From contig CAWHDT010000001.1 of the NCBI GenBank assembly GCA_963828195.1, positions 383,357-447,356 of the forward strand: a DNA stretch of 64,000 bases, in the 5' to 3' direction. Every line of letters begins with the position of its first letter. The first letter of the stretch is position 1. Below are positions 30,605 to 41,491 of the stretch, piece after piece. A program made the position numbers and the translations under genes. The notes under the pieces are model-generated. The model searched no databases. It was not told where the DNA came from and worked only from the letters and a program-made list of their open reading frames with translations. This stretch comes from Candidatus Bathyarchaeota archaeon (GTDB lineage Archaea > Thermoproteota > Bathyarchaeia > Bathyarchaeales > Bathycorpusculaceae).

Positions 30605-33600
30605 TCATTGTGCAATTTTGTAGTTTTCTTTTCCGTTCTTATTTATTTTTGGAATGGTTATGGTGAATTTTGCTCCTTTTCCCGGCGTACCGTTCTCTTG
30701 GATTTGCCAGCCGTAAACATCCATCATCTTTTTGGTCAAAAATAACCCAAAGCCAGTGTTGCCCCCAGTGCTGAAACCCTCCGAGAAAAGACGCGGTTTA
30801 TTCTCAGTTGGCACACCATCACCGTCATCCTCATAAACCAACTTTAAACAATCTTGATCAGCCCTCTCAAAGTGCACTTTTATAGTTGTGGTTTTTTTAC
30901 CGTATTTTATAGTGTTATCAATTAAATTAAAGAACATCTGCCTCAAAAATGAGTCAGCCAGCACTTTTAACCCGCGGCATTCATCCATCACCGTTGGGAT
31001 AGATCCTGAAAAAAGAGCCACCGCTTCCTTTAGTTTCTCCTCCACATCGACAAAAGTTAGCTCTTCCTCACCTAATTGCTCATACATTTTGGCAAAATCA
31101 AAAATCCTAGACGTCTCTTTAACAGCCAGCTCTATCTTACCTAACCCATCAACAATATCTACCTGATCACTATGCCTTTTTTTAAGCAAATACACGTAAC
31201 CATTTACAGCGGAAAGTTTATTACGAACGTCGTGTCTAGCTAAACTTCCAACTACTCGAAGTTTTTCATTTAACTCCGCAATTTTATCCAAACTATTTGA
31301 CAACGATTCTAAGGAAAACGTCAAATCAGCCTCTGTTTCTTTCTGCGCGGTTATGTCTGTAGCAATACTTGCAGCACCAGCAAATAAGCCCTTTTCATTG
31401 AAAATAGATGTTCGATTCAAAATTATTGGCACAAAAGTGCCATCTCGCTTTTTGGCTGAAAACTCAGTTGACCAGCTTTCACCTGCCATTAGCCTTTGTT
31501 TTACCTGATCCGTACTATCTGGTAAAGCTCCACCCAATAGCTCAGCGACCTTGTGGCCCAACGTTTGTTCTTTTGTCCAACCATAAAGTTTTTCTGCACC
31601 GTTATTCCAGAAGCGAATTATTTGGTTGTTATCCACCATTAGGATAGCTTGCCCTACCTGATTTAGCAAATCAGCCTGAAACTTTACTTTCTCTTCCGCT
31701 TTTTTGCGTTCGGTAATGTCTATGATTGATCCTTCTAACATCCCTTGTTTAGAGTATAGTTTAACCGAAGTAAGGCACGTTCTAATCTCGCCCTGTTTGT
31801 TTACCATCTTGCATTCAAAATCTTTAACATACCCATTGGTCATAAGCAGGCGAACCATTTCTTGCCGTTCAAGTGGGTCAACCCAAAAAGTCACTGACTG
31901 CTTACCCTGCATCTCTTCGCGAGTGAAGCCAAAAATACTTTGATACTTTTCGTTAAAATCAAGAATTTCAGATCCATCTAACTTAGTTCTAAATATTCCC
32001 ACTTCGGAGTTATTGAAAATATTATAATACTTTAATTCTTCTTCTTGAAGTTCTTGTTCTGTTTTTTTGCGTTCGGTAATGTTTCTTGCGATTGCCAAGA
32101 TTGCCTGTTTTCTCTGATAGATTATTAGTTTGGAACTGATCTCCACTGGAATTTCGTGTCCATCTTTGGCGGTGTGCACTGTCTCAAAAACCTGCGTTTT
32201 ACCAGAAGCTATACGACTCATGAGATTTTTGACTTGCTCTTGGCTCAGATACTTATCAATGCCTTTAATCCCCAACAACTGCAACTCTTCTTTAGAATAG
32301 CCTAACATCTCAATCGCAGTATCGTTCACATCAATAAAGTTTCCATCAAAATCAATAACCCAAGTCGATTCACTCATTCCGTTTATCAAATCTCTATAAT
32401 TTGCCTCACTTTCTACTAGTGCCTTTTCGGTTTTTTTGCGCTCAGTTGTATCTCTTATTATTGTTTGATAGCCAACAACTTTACCGTCTAGCCATATTGG
32501 GTTGCTGTTGTACTCGATGCTTCTTTTCCCGATTGGCGTCATCATTTCCATTTCATTATGAGCTGAGTTTCCCGCGGCAATGTTCTTTAGTCCTTCGACC
32601 ATTTTTTGAGTGTATTCCATTGGAACAAGCTTGAATATTCTGTTTCCTACCAGGTCATTTTCTTTAAAACCAAACTGCAATATCGCCTTATTCACTGAAG
32701 TTATTTTACCCGTAAAATCAAACGTAACGATAACGTCCGGCGCGTTTTCGAAAAGATTCTTGTACTTCTCTTCAGATTCCGCTAAGGCACGTTCAGCTTT
32801 TTTGCGCTCGGTAACGTCAATTATTGATCCCTCAATCGTTTCCTGTTCTGGATAAAGCTTAGACGACGATAAACACGTCTTGATCTCGCCCTGCTTGCTG
32901 ACCAGTTTTATTTCAAAATCCACCAATTGTCCCTTAGCTTGAAGGATTTTTACCAACTTTTGCCGCTGGCCCGCGTCAGCATAGTATACCGTTGCTAGTG
33001 TACCCTGCATTTCTTCACGAGTGTAACCGAGAATCTGAAGAAGCTTGTCATTAGACTCTATAATTTCGGAACTTTTTAGCTTAGTCCTGAACATTCCGAC
33101 TTCAGCGGTGTTGAAAAGTCGGAGGTACTTTGATTCTGACTCTGCCAGCAGTTTTTTTGAGTTTTTGCGTTCTATGGTTTTAACTATTGAATGTGATAGT
33201 TCGCCATATACCGTTTCGGGGTTGCCCTGCTTGTTAATGTACGCGTCGGAACCAAAGTTTAATGCTTTGATGGCTACTTCCTCTCTTCCCTTTCCAGTAA
33301 AAAGTATGAAAGGAATTTCGTTGCCTTGGTCTCGCAGTTCTTTAAGGAATTGGAGCCCGTCTTTTTGGGGCATTTCATAATCAGAAATAACAACATCGTA
33401 CTTTCCAGTTGCTAGTCTTTTGAAAGCTTCATCCACACAACACGCATGGTCAATTTCGAAGTTACCCATATCCATTAGGATTAACTTTGAGATTTCAAGA
33501 ATAGTCGGGTCATCGTCAACATGCAAAAGATGAATAATGTCCTTATTGTTTGAGGAAGCCAAATCCGCTGCATTAACAATTACTCTGCTATCCCGTTCAA

Positions 33601-33637
33601 CCGTTTGCAAAGCCATCCAACCAAGATAGACATTCAT
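30605..33637 (-). CDS. Hybrid REC - multi-PAS - histidine kinase
   Basis: LHVDDD...ISDYEMP...LFTGKGREE receiver; ~5 PAS/PAC blocks (DITERKK); H-box RHDVRN; NLIDN, DDGDG, GFGLF. Confidence 0.93.
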   Translation of the reverse strand: MNVYLGWMALQTVERDSRVIVNAADLASSNNKDIIHLLHVDDDPTILEISKLILMDMGNFEIDHACCVDEAFKRLATGKYDVVISDYEMPQKDGLQFLKELRDQGNEIPFILFTGKGREEVAIKALNFGSDAYINKQGNPETVYGELSHSIVKTIERKNSKKLLAESESKYLRLFNTAEVGMFRTKLKSSEIIESNDKLLQILGYTREEMQGTLATVYYADAGQRQKLVKILQAKGQLVDFEIKLVSKQGEIKTCLSSSKLYPEQETIEGSIIDVTERKKAERALAESEEKYKNLFENAPDVIVTFDFTGKITSVNKAILQFGFKENDLVGNRIFKLVPMEYTQKMVEGLKNIAAGNSAHNEMEMMTPIGKRSIEYNSNPIWLDGKVVGYQTIIRDTTERKKTEKALVESEANYRDLINGMSESTWVIDFDGNFIDVNDTAIEMLGYSKEELQLLGIKGIDKYLSQEQVKNLMSRIASGKTQVFETVHTAKDGHEIPVEISSKLIIYQRKQAILAIARNITERKKTEQELQEEELKYYNIFNNSEVGIFRTKLDGSEILDFNEKYQSIFGFTREEMQGKQSVTFWVDPLERQEMVRLLMTNGYVKDFECKMVNKQGEIRTCLTSVKLYSKQGMLEGSIIDITERKKAEEKVKFQADLLNQVGQAILMVDNNQIIRFWNNGAEKLYGWTKEQTLGHKVAELLGGALPDSTDQVKQRLMAGESWSTEFSAKKRDGTFVPIILNRTSIFNEKGLFAGAASIATDITAQKETEADLTFSLESLSNSLDKIAELNEKLRVVGSLARHDVRNKLSAVNGYVYLLKKRHSDQVDIVDGLGKIELAVKETSRIFDFAKMYEQLGEEELTFVDVEEKLKEAVALFSGSIPTVMDECRGLKVLADSFLRQMFFNLIDNTIKYGKKTTTIKVHFERADQDCLKLVYEDDGDGVPTENKPRLFSEGFSTGGNTGFGLFLTKKMMDVYGWQIQENGTPGKGAKFTITIPKINKNGKENYKIAQ

Positions 33638-33839
33638 GATTAAATTCGCAATAAATCAGTTATGAATCCCAAATACTGATTGAAGGTCACCGATTTGAAT
33701 AAAACAAGAAAGGCGCGCTTTCGACGCAAATAGGTGCATGCTCAAATATCTGGCGGAGTAGATATAGCCTGTTTCTTGAAAAATAGCTCTGCTACTCCGA
33801 ACGCGTAATAGGACAACAATGGCGATGAAAATTTTTGCC

Positions 33840-34391
33840 CTAAAGATTCGCTCTTATGTCCTGGAACAAGTCTGGAAACTCTTTTAGCCACCTTTTGTAA
33901 GATGCTCTTACAGAAACATCCGTTATTTTAAGGGCAACTGCTATTACTCTTTGTATTTTTATTTCGCCATATCTAAAGCCCAGAAGATAAAATAATCCTC
34001 CTACTATGCACCTAAAGCTTTTTCCATTGCAAAACGAGAAACTTCTCTTGCAAACTTGATTTAAGATTTCGACGGCATCCCTAGTTATTTTTCTTACAGT
34101 TTTCTTGTTTGTCCAAAGAAAGTGAGCAGCAAACATGATTTCTTGAACTTTCAGAAGCGAGTGCGTGATGCGTTCTAAGTCGGGGAGTCGATCATCATTT
34201 AAACTCGAATTAAACGTAATGTCCTCTTTTAGCTTCGCTACTTCGCTCTTATCAACAGCAAGATTGGCTGCATAAGTATTCTTCTTCAAGACAGCAGCCA
34301 TTTTTGCCCTCATTTTTACCTCCTCTTCAATAAGAATTCCAGTTGGATTACCCATTTTTCCTTCACCGCGTAATTTATCGCTCAAACTCAA
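33840..34391 (-). CDS. TFIIB/cyclin-repeat-like protein (single repeat)
   Basis: 'A.EIL......F.NGKS.R.IVGGLFYLLG......QR.IA.AL.ITDVSVRASYK.W' resembles the TFB C-terminal cyclin/HTH repeat. Confidence 0.6.
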   Translation of the reverse strand: MSLSDKLRGEGKMGNPTGILIEEEVKMRAKMAAVLKKNTYAANLAVDKSEVAKLKEDITFNSSLNDDRLPDLERITHSLLKVQEIMFAAHFLWTNKKTVRKITRDAVEILNQVCKRSFSFCNGKSFRCIVGGLFYLLGFRYGEIKIQRVIAVALKITDVSVRASYKRWLKEFPDLFQDIRANL

Positions 34392-34870
34392 AATCTCTTG
34401 CTAATAGCATTTTTTTCTGTCAATAGTTTCTTCGTTCTTGTTTGGAGAAAAACAGCAATGCTTTCTTCAGTAGCCATTTCAGTAGCTTTCTGTTCTTTTA
34501 TTTTGCTTTTTATTGTTTCCAGAAGCTTTTTTACATCAACTGGCTTAATTAGATAGGCATCAGCACCATCATTCAAAGAACTAATCGAGTTTTCTAACAT
34601 CGGATATCCAGTGAGCATAATCTTCATCATCTTTGGCGAAGTCTCCCGCAGCGCCTTAAGAAGGCTGGTGCCTTCCCCGTCTGGAAGCTTGATGTCCAAA
34701 ATCGCCAAATTGTAATCGATTTCGTAAGACTTTTCAATCGCCTCTTTTACAGAGTGGGCCACCTCGGTTCGGTACCCTTCAGACTCCAGAACTGCACTTA
34801 AAGATTCGGTGATCCCTTCGTCATCATCTACAATTAGAATTTGCGATTTTTCATGCGTCATAACCTTCAC
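34388..34870 (-). CDS. Response regulator (receiver domain)
   Basis: ILIVDDD, ILDIKLPD, MLTGYP, YLIKP. Confidence 0.93.
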   Translation of the reverse strand: MKVMTHEKSQILIVDDDEGITESLSAVLESEGYRTEVAHSVKEAIEKSYEIDYNLAILDIKLPDGEGTSLLKALRETSPKMMKIMLTGYPMLENSISSLNDGADAYLIKPVDVKKLLETIKSKIKEQKATEMATEESIAVFLQTRTKKLLTEKNAISKRF

Positions 34871-35226
34871 CTCCTTACCTCTCCCGTTTTGTATTGGTCA
34901 CGTAATTTTCTAACCTGGTACGGAAAATTGATTGGTTGTTCACATTCAAAGTTGATTCCCAGCTTTTTACAAAAAATTTCAAGTATAGTTTCCTCAAGTA
35001 TGACTGCTGCCCCAAGAATCTGGCGCCTCCCAAAACCCATTATGTTCCTAAGTTCCTGCGAAAAAATTTCAGGTCTGATTGCAATTTCACCCATCGGGTA
35101 GTCTTGTTCTTCAAAATAATTCCAAACAATAGTTGCATTTGAGTCTCCTAAACAGTATTTGATTGTTTCTTTGGTAACCTGAACAAGGAGTTCATCGAAG
35201 TCGTTAACTGACTGAATTTGCTCCAT
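34867..35226 (-). CDS. Small archaeal signalling-associated domain protein (NitrOD5/DUF3227-like)
   Basis: 'F..LL......TI...LG......V..Y......EI..RPE.FS..L..I.G......A.ILE..IL......L'; first gene of the regulator operon. Confidence 0.6.
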   Translation of the reverse strand: MEQIQSVNDFDELLVQVTKETIKYCLGDSNATIVWNYFEEQDYPMGEIAIRPEIFSQELRNIMGFGRRQILGAAVILEETILEIFCKKLGINFECEQPINFPYQVRKLRDQYKTGEVRR

Positions 35227-35663
35227 GAACGTACACCGATTTATGTGTTAACATCCACACGGATTTCTATTTTGGAACGTCTCATACTTAATCCATCTTA
35301 TTGGAGACTAAATTCAGTATTAACAACTTGTGCGTAACAACTAGCATGTGTAAAAACACATGACGGAAAAAAAGAAGGAGCCAAAAACGCGAAAGATGGA
35401 TGTTGATATCGACAGTCACTTGCTAGACCAAAATAGACCTTGATCTCCTTTCATGAATTTTGTCTGGTTATACAACTTTATAATAATTCCATTTTTCTAA
35501 AAAAGAAAAAAACGGGTGATGCCACGGCATTTTCGAGGTACAATCCCTGTACCATGTTTTGCCTTTTTTTGATCAATAAAATTCCAGCCCAAATTCTAGG
35601 AGGTTTTGAAAATAAGCGCAATTATTGCTTACTTTTTCAAAATAATCTCAAAAACAGCTTAAG

Positions 35664-35778
35664 TGGCGCCGGGAGGGGGATTTGAACCCCCGCGGCCCCG
35701 AGAGGCCACAAGCTGCTTGGTGCTTGCCTTCGGCAAACATCTCCAGGCTTGCTCCCTGCCTGGCTAGGAGACCCCGGC
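35664..35778 (-). tRNA. tRNA-Ser(GGA) with canonical 37/38 intron (35715-35740) and encoded CCA
   Basis: Reverse complement GCCGGGG...CAAGC CT GGA G^[26-nt hairpin intron]A GCTTG, long variable arm, GGTTCAAATCC, CCCGGCGCCA. Confidence 0.93.
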
Positions 35779-36071
35779 ACAAACGGAATCAGCAGGCATC
35801 GAAACTGATTCGCACCCTTTTCTCTGACTTAAGCTTAATTTAAAGCTTTATCGAATTATTTCTTAAAGGTATTTTAATTTTTATCGTTGATTCTCTTGCA
35901 CGGGCTTAGTAAAGTGATTTAGTTATATTTTTTAATGATGCCCAGAGTAAGGATAAATTTATAAAAACTATTTCATAACAAAAGTTAGAAACGAGCAGGG
36001 AGCGATATATGAAACCGTGAGTCAATGACGCGACTCCCCATTTTAAAAGAGTAAATTTTATTGGAACGCGT

Positions 36072-36185
36072 ATGGGTAAATGTTTTCTCTGTAAAAAGAA
36101 AAAAATATTGTTGCTTTTAAGATGTGGTATTGCTCTGTGCGAAGACTGTTATGTCGTGCTAGAACTTTACGAAAATATTCCATAA
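36072..36185 (+). CDS. Possible Zn-finger microprotein (37 aa)
   Basis: MGKCFLCKKKKILLLLRCGIALCEDCYVVLELYENIP (CxxC...CxxC). Confidence 0.35.
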   Translation: MGKCFLCKKKKILLLLRCGIALCEDCYVVLELYENIP

Positions 36186-36977
36186 GAAAAAAATGGATAT
36201 GTTTTTAGGTTAAATATCGTTGCAAGTAAACGGCGCTATTATCGCTGATATTTAAATTGCCTCGAAAATTCGAGGTCTGAGTTTTAAAATAAGCTTAAAC
36301 AATTTTGCCCGCTCAACCTATCTTTTATCCTCAGGTCGCGGGCGGACTTGCACTTAAATAAAATTCAATGGATTTGATGATTAGGTAAACGTTAAGTTGA
36401 GTGAAGCCGACTGCGTCCGCCATTTTTGGCTTGTTGAGTTTTCGGTTTCTTTGGCGCATGATTCAAGGCATGCTTTTTGCTATCAGGTTTGTGAGTTGTG
36501 ATTTTGTTTTTTTCGAATTTATTCCAGCCGCCCTCATCAATATTTGGCTGAACAAAACGGTTAGGGTTTTCAACTGTGTTTTGTTGGAGGATTTCTTTAA
36601 AATTTAAAGCTTTAAAATCTCGTGTTGCATGAATAATGGTGACGCGTTCTGAACTTAGAGATGTGTAGTCGTTTGCTGAAACTCCTCAGCTCGTACTTTG
36701 TCGTTGAAGCGTTGGCTCTATAAAAGCTTCTATTCAGCCTTAAGTTTCTCTATTAATTCTTTCTGCGCTTTAACTTTGGCTTCTGTAGAATCGTTTTTCT
36801 GGGTCTTGGGTGAATGATTGTTATTTTGCATTCTGCTCTCTCTATGCACACATTTTATACTTAAATGATTATTGCTTGATGCGCTGTTTAGAAAATTCCT
36901 GGTGCAACCATATTTTGAACGTTTTTTCCCCAACTAACCCAAACTTTTTCAGTAGCAGGCTATTCGTGAAAAGTCAG

Positions 36978-37259
36978 CTAAGTTGGTTGCAGTGTTACTT
37001 CAAAAACGTAGCCTTCAAGGGTTGGCTCATCATCACGTTTTAACAGGGCTACGGCTAAATCTGGAATTCGAATTCGCCCGCTTTTGTACATTTTTGCAAG
37101 AAAGCTTTGACTAGTGCTTAACCATCCGACAGGGGTTGCTGTAACTTTTAGTACCTCAGAAGGCTCCATCTTGTATTTCCATCGAATTAACTTGGGTATC
37201 TGTATTCTATTTTGTTTCTGCAATTTTGCTGTAAACCTGACAGTTCGATTTAACGGCAA
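36978..37259 (-). CDS. Double AbrB/SpoVT-like DNA-binding protein
   Basis: Two 'F.AK.....RI.IP' half-domains. Confidence 0.7.
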   Translation of the reverse strand: MPLNRTVRFTAKLQKQNRIQIPKLIRWKYKMEPSEVLKVTATPVGWLSTSQSFLAKMYKSGRIRIPDLAVALLKRDDEPTLEGYVFEVTLQPT

Positions 37260-37629
37260 ACTAGACGCATCCTTTTTTTGTAAAACTTGGAGAGAACGAC
37301 CTTAAAAGTTGTTTGTACCTGTGTATACATCCTCATACTTCCATGTACTTTGGCGTACTTCTGTGTACGCAACCTACAAACAATTTAAGCTTTGCCACAA
37401 AAAAGCAACCCAAAACAGCCCCTCAAAAATGGCGGCAAAAACATTTTCTTCTCTCCCGATCGACACACAAAGAACGCTCAATTAAACTTAATTTAAAACA
37501 AACCAACAGTTTCAGAAAATCAATTTTTAATTGTTCTCACGTTTTAACGAGAGTAACGTTTTGGTTGGATAAGGTTTTTATTAGCGTTTGAAACTTAAAT
37601 TCGACCGTTAAGACAAAGGATGATTCAAG

Positions 37630-38424
37630 ATGGCCCTACAAAAAGGAGATTTCATTTTAATTAATTATACAGCAAAAGTTAAAGAAACAAACGAGGTTTT
37701 CGACACAACCTACGAAGATGTTGCTAAGAAAGAGCACCTCTATAAAGAAGGTAAAATGTATGAGCCTAAACTGGTAGTTGTAGGCGAAAGCTGGGTTCTC
37801 AAAGCTTTAGATGACAGTTTAACAACAATGGAGACAAACAAGCCTGCAACTGTCGAAATTTCACCTGACAAAGGCTTTGGACAAAGAGACCCCGCAAAAG
37901 TTAGGCGGGTACCGCTAAAACAATTGTTGGCAAAAGAAATTAATCCAGTTGTTGGCGCACAGATAGAATTTCAAGGTAAAGACGCAGTTGTACGCTCGAC
38001 AGGCGCCGGACGAGTGCTCTTGGACTTCAATCCACCGTTGGCTGGAAAAACCCTGATTTACGACGTCGCAGTCACAACGAAACTTGAAAGCAACGAAGAA
38101 AAAATCGGCGCCCTTATCCACCGCAGAGTACCCGTGGTCGAAGAAAAACAGTTCACAATAACCATACAGGATAAAACCCTAACCATCGACATGCCAGAAG
38201 TAGCATTCTACATCGAAGGCATCCAAATCGCCAAACGCGGCGTCGCCCTAGACATCCAAAAATTCCTTCCAGACTTAGCTGAAACAAAATTCGTTGAAAC
38301 CTTCAAAGCCGAACCCAAACCTGCCCCACTGGTACCTGCACCTGCCATAGACGCACCCAAGCCAACACCAGAAACGCCCACGCCGCCACCAGAAGCACCC
38401 AAAGCAAAGGCTAACCCACCTTAA
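37630..38424 (+). CDS. slyD: FKBP-type peptidyl-prolyl isomerase (long archaeal SlyD-like)
   Basis: GDFILINYT, VFDTT, ISPDKGFG.RDP, DFNPPLAGKTL; Pro-rich tail. Confidence 0.92.
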   Translation: MALQKGDFILINYTAKVKETNEVFDTTYEDVAKKEHLYKEGKMYEPKLVVVGESWVLKALDDSLTTMETNKPATVEISPDKGFGQRDPAKVRRVPLKQLLAKEINPVVGAQIEFQGKDAVVRSTGAGRVLLDFNPPLAGKTLIYDVAVTTKLESNEEKIGALIHRRVPVVEEKQFTITIQDKTLTIDMPEVAFYIEGIQIAKRGVALDIQKFLPDLAETKFVETFKAEPKPAPLVPAPAIDAPKPTPETPTPPPEAPKAKANPP

Positions 38425-38485
38425 AAAAAGTAACCATCATTTTTTTCTTTAAATTTTATTGTTTTCAAACTTTTTATGATAATTC

Positions 38486-39553
38486 TTAGCCGATTATTCC
38501 TGTTGCCTTTGCAGTTTTCTCGCAGGCTTCAAAATCAAGATTTAACTTTTGAAGGATAGTGTAGCGTTCAGGCCTTATTTTCGCCGCAATCTGCAGCGCT
38601 TTAACCGCATCAACGTCTTTAACGCCCAATTCGCTTGCTGTTATTGGTGCACCTATCAGCTTGAGTGTTTTTCTTATTTTTTGCCAGTTAGCCCCTTGAA
38701 GATAAGCGGTCAAAATTGAGCCTACGCCGCATTGTTCGCCATGCATGGCTTGGTGTGAATTAAACATGTCCAGCGCGTGGCTAAAAAGGTGTTCTGAGCC
38801 GCTGCAGGGGCGACTGCTCCCGGCGATACTCATGGCTACGCCGCAGCTTATCAAAGCCTCTAAGAGCACGTGTAGTCCTTCATCTTTGTGGGAGACTATT
38901 AGTTCGGCGTTTTCCATAACCAGTTTTGCGCTCATTAGGGCTAAGCTGGCGGCGTATTCGCCATAATACTCATTTTGTTCCGTATGCCCCAGTTTCCAAT
39001 CGTTAACTGCAGTGATTTTGGCGATGACGTCTCCGCAGCCGCTTATGACAAAACGCCATGGTGCTTCAGCAATAATGTCGGTGTCAGCAATTATTGCCAG
39101 AGGTGCCTGCGCTAGAATTGAGTAAGGCTTGTCTGAACCCTTGATTGAGGCTAAGGGGCTTGCGATGCCGTCATGAGAAACGGTGGTGGGCACGCTGATG
39201 AAGGGAATGTTTTGGCTTCCTGAACTTATTTTGGCAGCGTCAATTATTGTTCCGCCGCCGACACCGAAGAGCACTTGTGGTTTTGAAGCTTCTATTTTTT
39301 CTTCAATAATTGTTAGGTCTTTTATCGCCATTGCTTTTATTTGTAAAATATCAACCTGTAATCCTGCACCTTCAAGTAGCCCATAAATTGTTTTTCCCGC
39401 GACATCGTAGCTTTTTGATCCAACAATCATCAACGCTTTCCCTTTGAGGCCTAGCCGCTTGGCAACGTCGGGAACGCATTGCAAGGTTCCTTTTCCAACA
39501 ATGACCTCGCGGGGAAGCTGCATGTAATGGTAACTTAAAGTCAAACCAACCAC
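38486..39553 (-). CDS. egsA: NAD(P)-dependent glycerol-1-phosphate dehydrogenase
   Basis: GVGGG..ID.AK, PTT.SHDGIAS, GSSRPCSGSEHLFSHALD, HGEQCG, RPERYTIL. Confidence 0.96.
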   Translation of the reverse strand: MVGLTLSYHYMQLPREVIVGKGTLQCVPDVAKRLGLKGKALMIVGSKSYDVAGKTIYGLLEGAGLQVDILQIKAMAIKDLTIIEEKIEASKPQVLFGVGGGTIIDAAKISSGSQNIPFISVPTTVSHDGIASPLASIKGSDKPYSILAQAPLAIIADTDIIAEAPWRFVISGCGDVIAKITAVNDWKLGHTEQNEYYGEYAASLALMSAKLVMENAELIVSHKDEGLHVLLEALISCGVAMSIAGSSRPCSGSEHLFSHALDMFNSHQAMHGEQCGVGSILTAYLQGANWQKIRKTLKLIGAPITASELGVKDVDAVKALQIAAKIRPERYTILQKLNLDFEACEKTAKATGIIG

Positions 39554-40060
39554 TGTTAACTTGCAACATTAATTTAACTCCAATCCTTTAAAACTTTGGG
39601 AACTTGCACCTAAAACCGAGGCAGTTTAAGTAAGCTGGGACGGCAGTTACCACGTTTTTAAGTTTTTTTCAAATTTACTGGACGCAGAAAAATCAGACAA
39701 CGTCAGGCGCATAACAATAAGCAATCTTGACAAGTTAAAACCTGACGTAGTGCGACATTGAAAGCAGCGGCGGATGTAGGCTTTGAGCACTGCCCAACTT
39801 ATTGATAAAACGAAAACTGCATTACCCAATTTAACGAGGTCTAGTCCTAAAGAAACCTGGAAAATTTTGTCATCTCAAGATCGTAAAAAATTATTGCTGC
39901 TCTTAGTGAAGCAAACGTTAGGCAATAGAGCAACGGTGTGACGTAGGGGCGATGATATTAACGCGGTCGAAGGCTATTTTTGAGTGGCTACAATAAAACT
40001 TGAGAAAAGTGTGCGTTAGAGATTTGTTTTTACATTTTCAATCTGTAGGAGCATGAATTA

Positions 40061-41246
40061 ATGCCTATTTCGTTGTTGTTTATAGGTCACCTAAGCATCT
40101 CAGCACAAGCTCTTTTACCTTACTTGAGTGAAAATGGTTACGACGTTAAAGTCGTAAACACTTCAGATTGGTCGTCTGAAAATAAAATTTATGGAACAAA
40201 TATTTCAGTCTACAATTTGTATGAGGCTAATAAAATTCATGCCCTTTTCAAGGGTCCGCTGGACTGGTACAGAAAAGCCATGTTATACAGTATGGCAAAA
40301 AACTTGAACCTTAAACGGGGCAGGCTCGCTCGGATTATTGGAAAGACCGAGCCAGATTTAATTTATGGACATTGGGGGTCTTACAGTCTTCCTGAGATTG
40401 GTTTAGCGCAAAAATTTCATGTGCCCACCGTTTACGAATTCCTCACGTATCCTTGTAGTAGCATCCAGTTGGGTCACGAAATTGAGAACTTTTTCAATAA
40501 ACGAACAGTGAATAACATTGATGGACGCGTATTTCCAACTCAACGCATGTCTAACTATATGAAAAGAGTGTTCGGCATGCATTTGGGAGAAAACTTGATT
40601 TATCTGGAATGTTTCCCCGAGAAATTCTATTACCGAAGAAGGTTACCTCTTCTATCAGAGGTTGACGGTCAACCGCATAGTTTTCACGGGCGTTAATGAC
40701 CGCGATATTCTTCAGCAAATAGAACAGATGGTCTCAAAGAAAATCCATGTTCACCTATGCAACGATATGTACAATCTGAGCCAAACTATGTGGCGTGAAA
40801 ACGCTTGGGAAGATCCGACGGGAGAGCGTGCTTTCAGAAACTCGGGTTTTATCCACTATTTCAACAGATTTGCATACCCAGAAATTGCTGACGGTACTTT
40901 TGCGACATTTTTGACACAGTTTGATGCATGTGTGGTTACCTATAATTTCTGGCGTACTTCTGGTGCAAACAGGTTTAGCAATAGCATTCCCAGTAGGTTT
41001 TCTACTGCCCTACTCGCTGGAATTCCAATCATCGTTCCAGAAGGTTATCTGCAGGGGTGCGCGGGAATAATAAACAAACATCAAATCGGTTTTGCGTATC
41101 AAAATTATACTGATCTGCAAAATAAATTATGCGATAAAAGTATGCTGAACTATTATCGGAAAAAAGCCATTGAAAATGCCCCCTCGTTCTCTCTTGAAAA
41201 CAATTTCTCGAAAATAGATAAGTTCCTTAAGCAGATAATTGAATAA
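40061..41246 (+). pseudogene. GT-B glycosyltransferase split by a frameshift at ~40678 (pseudogene or sequencing error)
   Basis: ORFs 40061..40696 and 40662..41246 overlap. Joining gives '...DGQPH(I)VFTGVN...' and the C-terminal 'PSRFSTALLAGIPII...IINKHQIGF'. Confidence 0.7.
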
Positions 41247-41491
41247 CCTGTTTTCTAAGAAGTGAGATCATCAATTATTCCATTTTGCTTGCTCACCCCT
41301 AAGTCTATCGATGTAGACCAAAAGGCAAAAGAACTAAGCCAAAAAAGATTGAGAATTATCGTAAACTAAACTTGCAAACAGTTATTGTAACAACCGACCG
41401 TTATCTAGAAAAATATTGTGATTTGCTATCTAATTTGAACGTTACAGTTATTACTTCCGACAAACTTACTGAGGTGCTGGACGGGAAATTT

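Noticed and set aside
36300-36950. Possible degraded mobile-element gene next to the AbrB-like gene
   Set aside because: Only short fragments with stops; no integrase or other recognisable motif.
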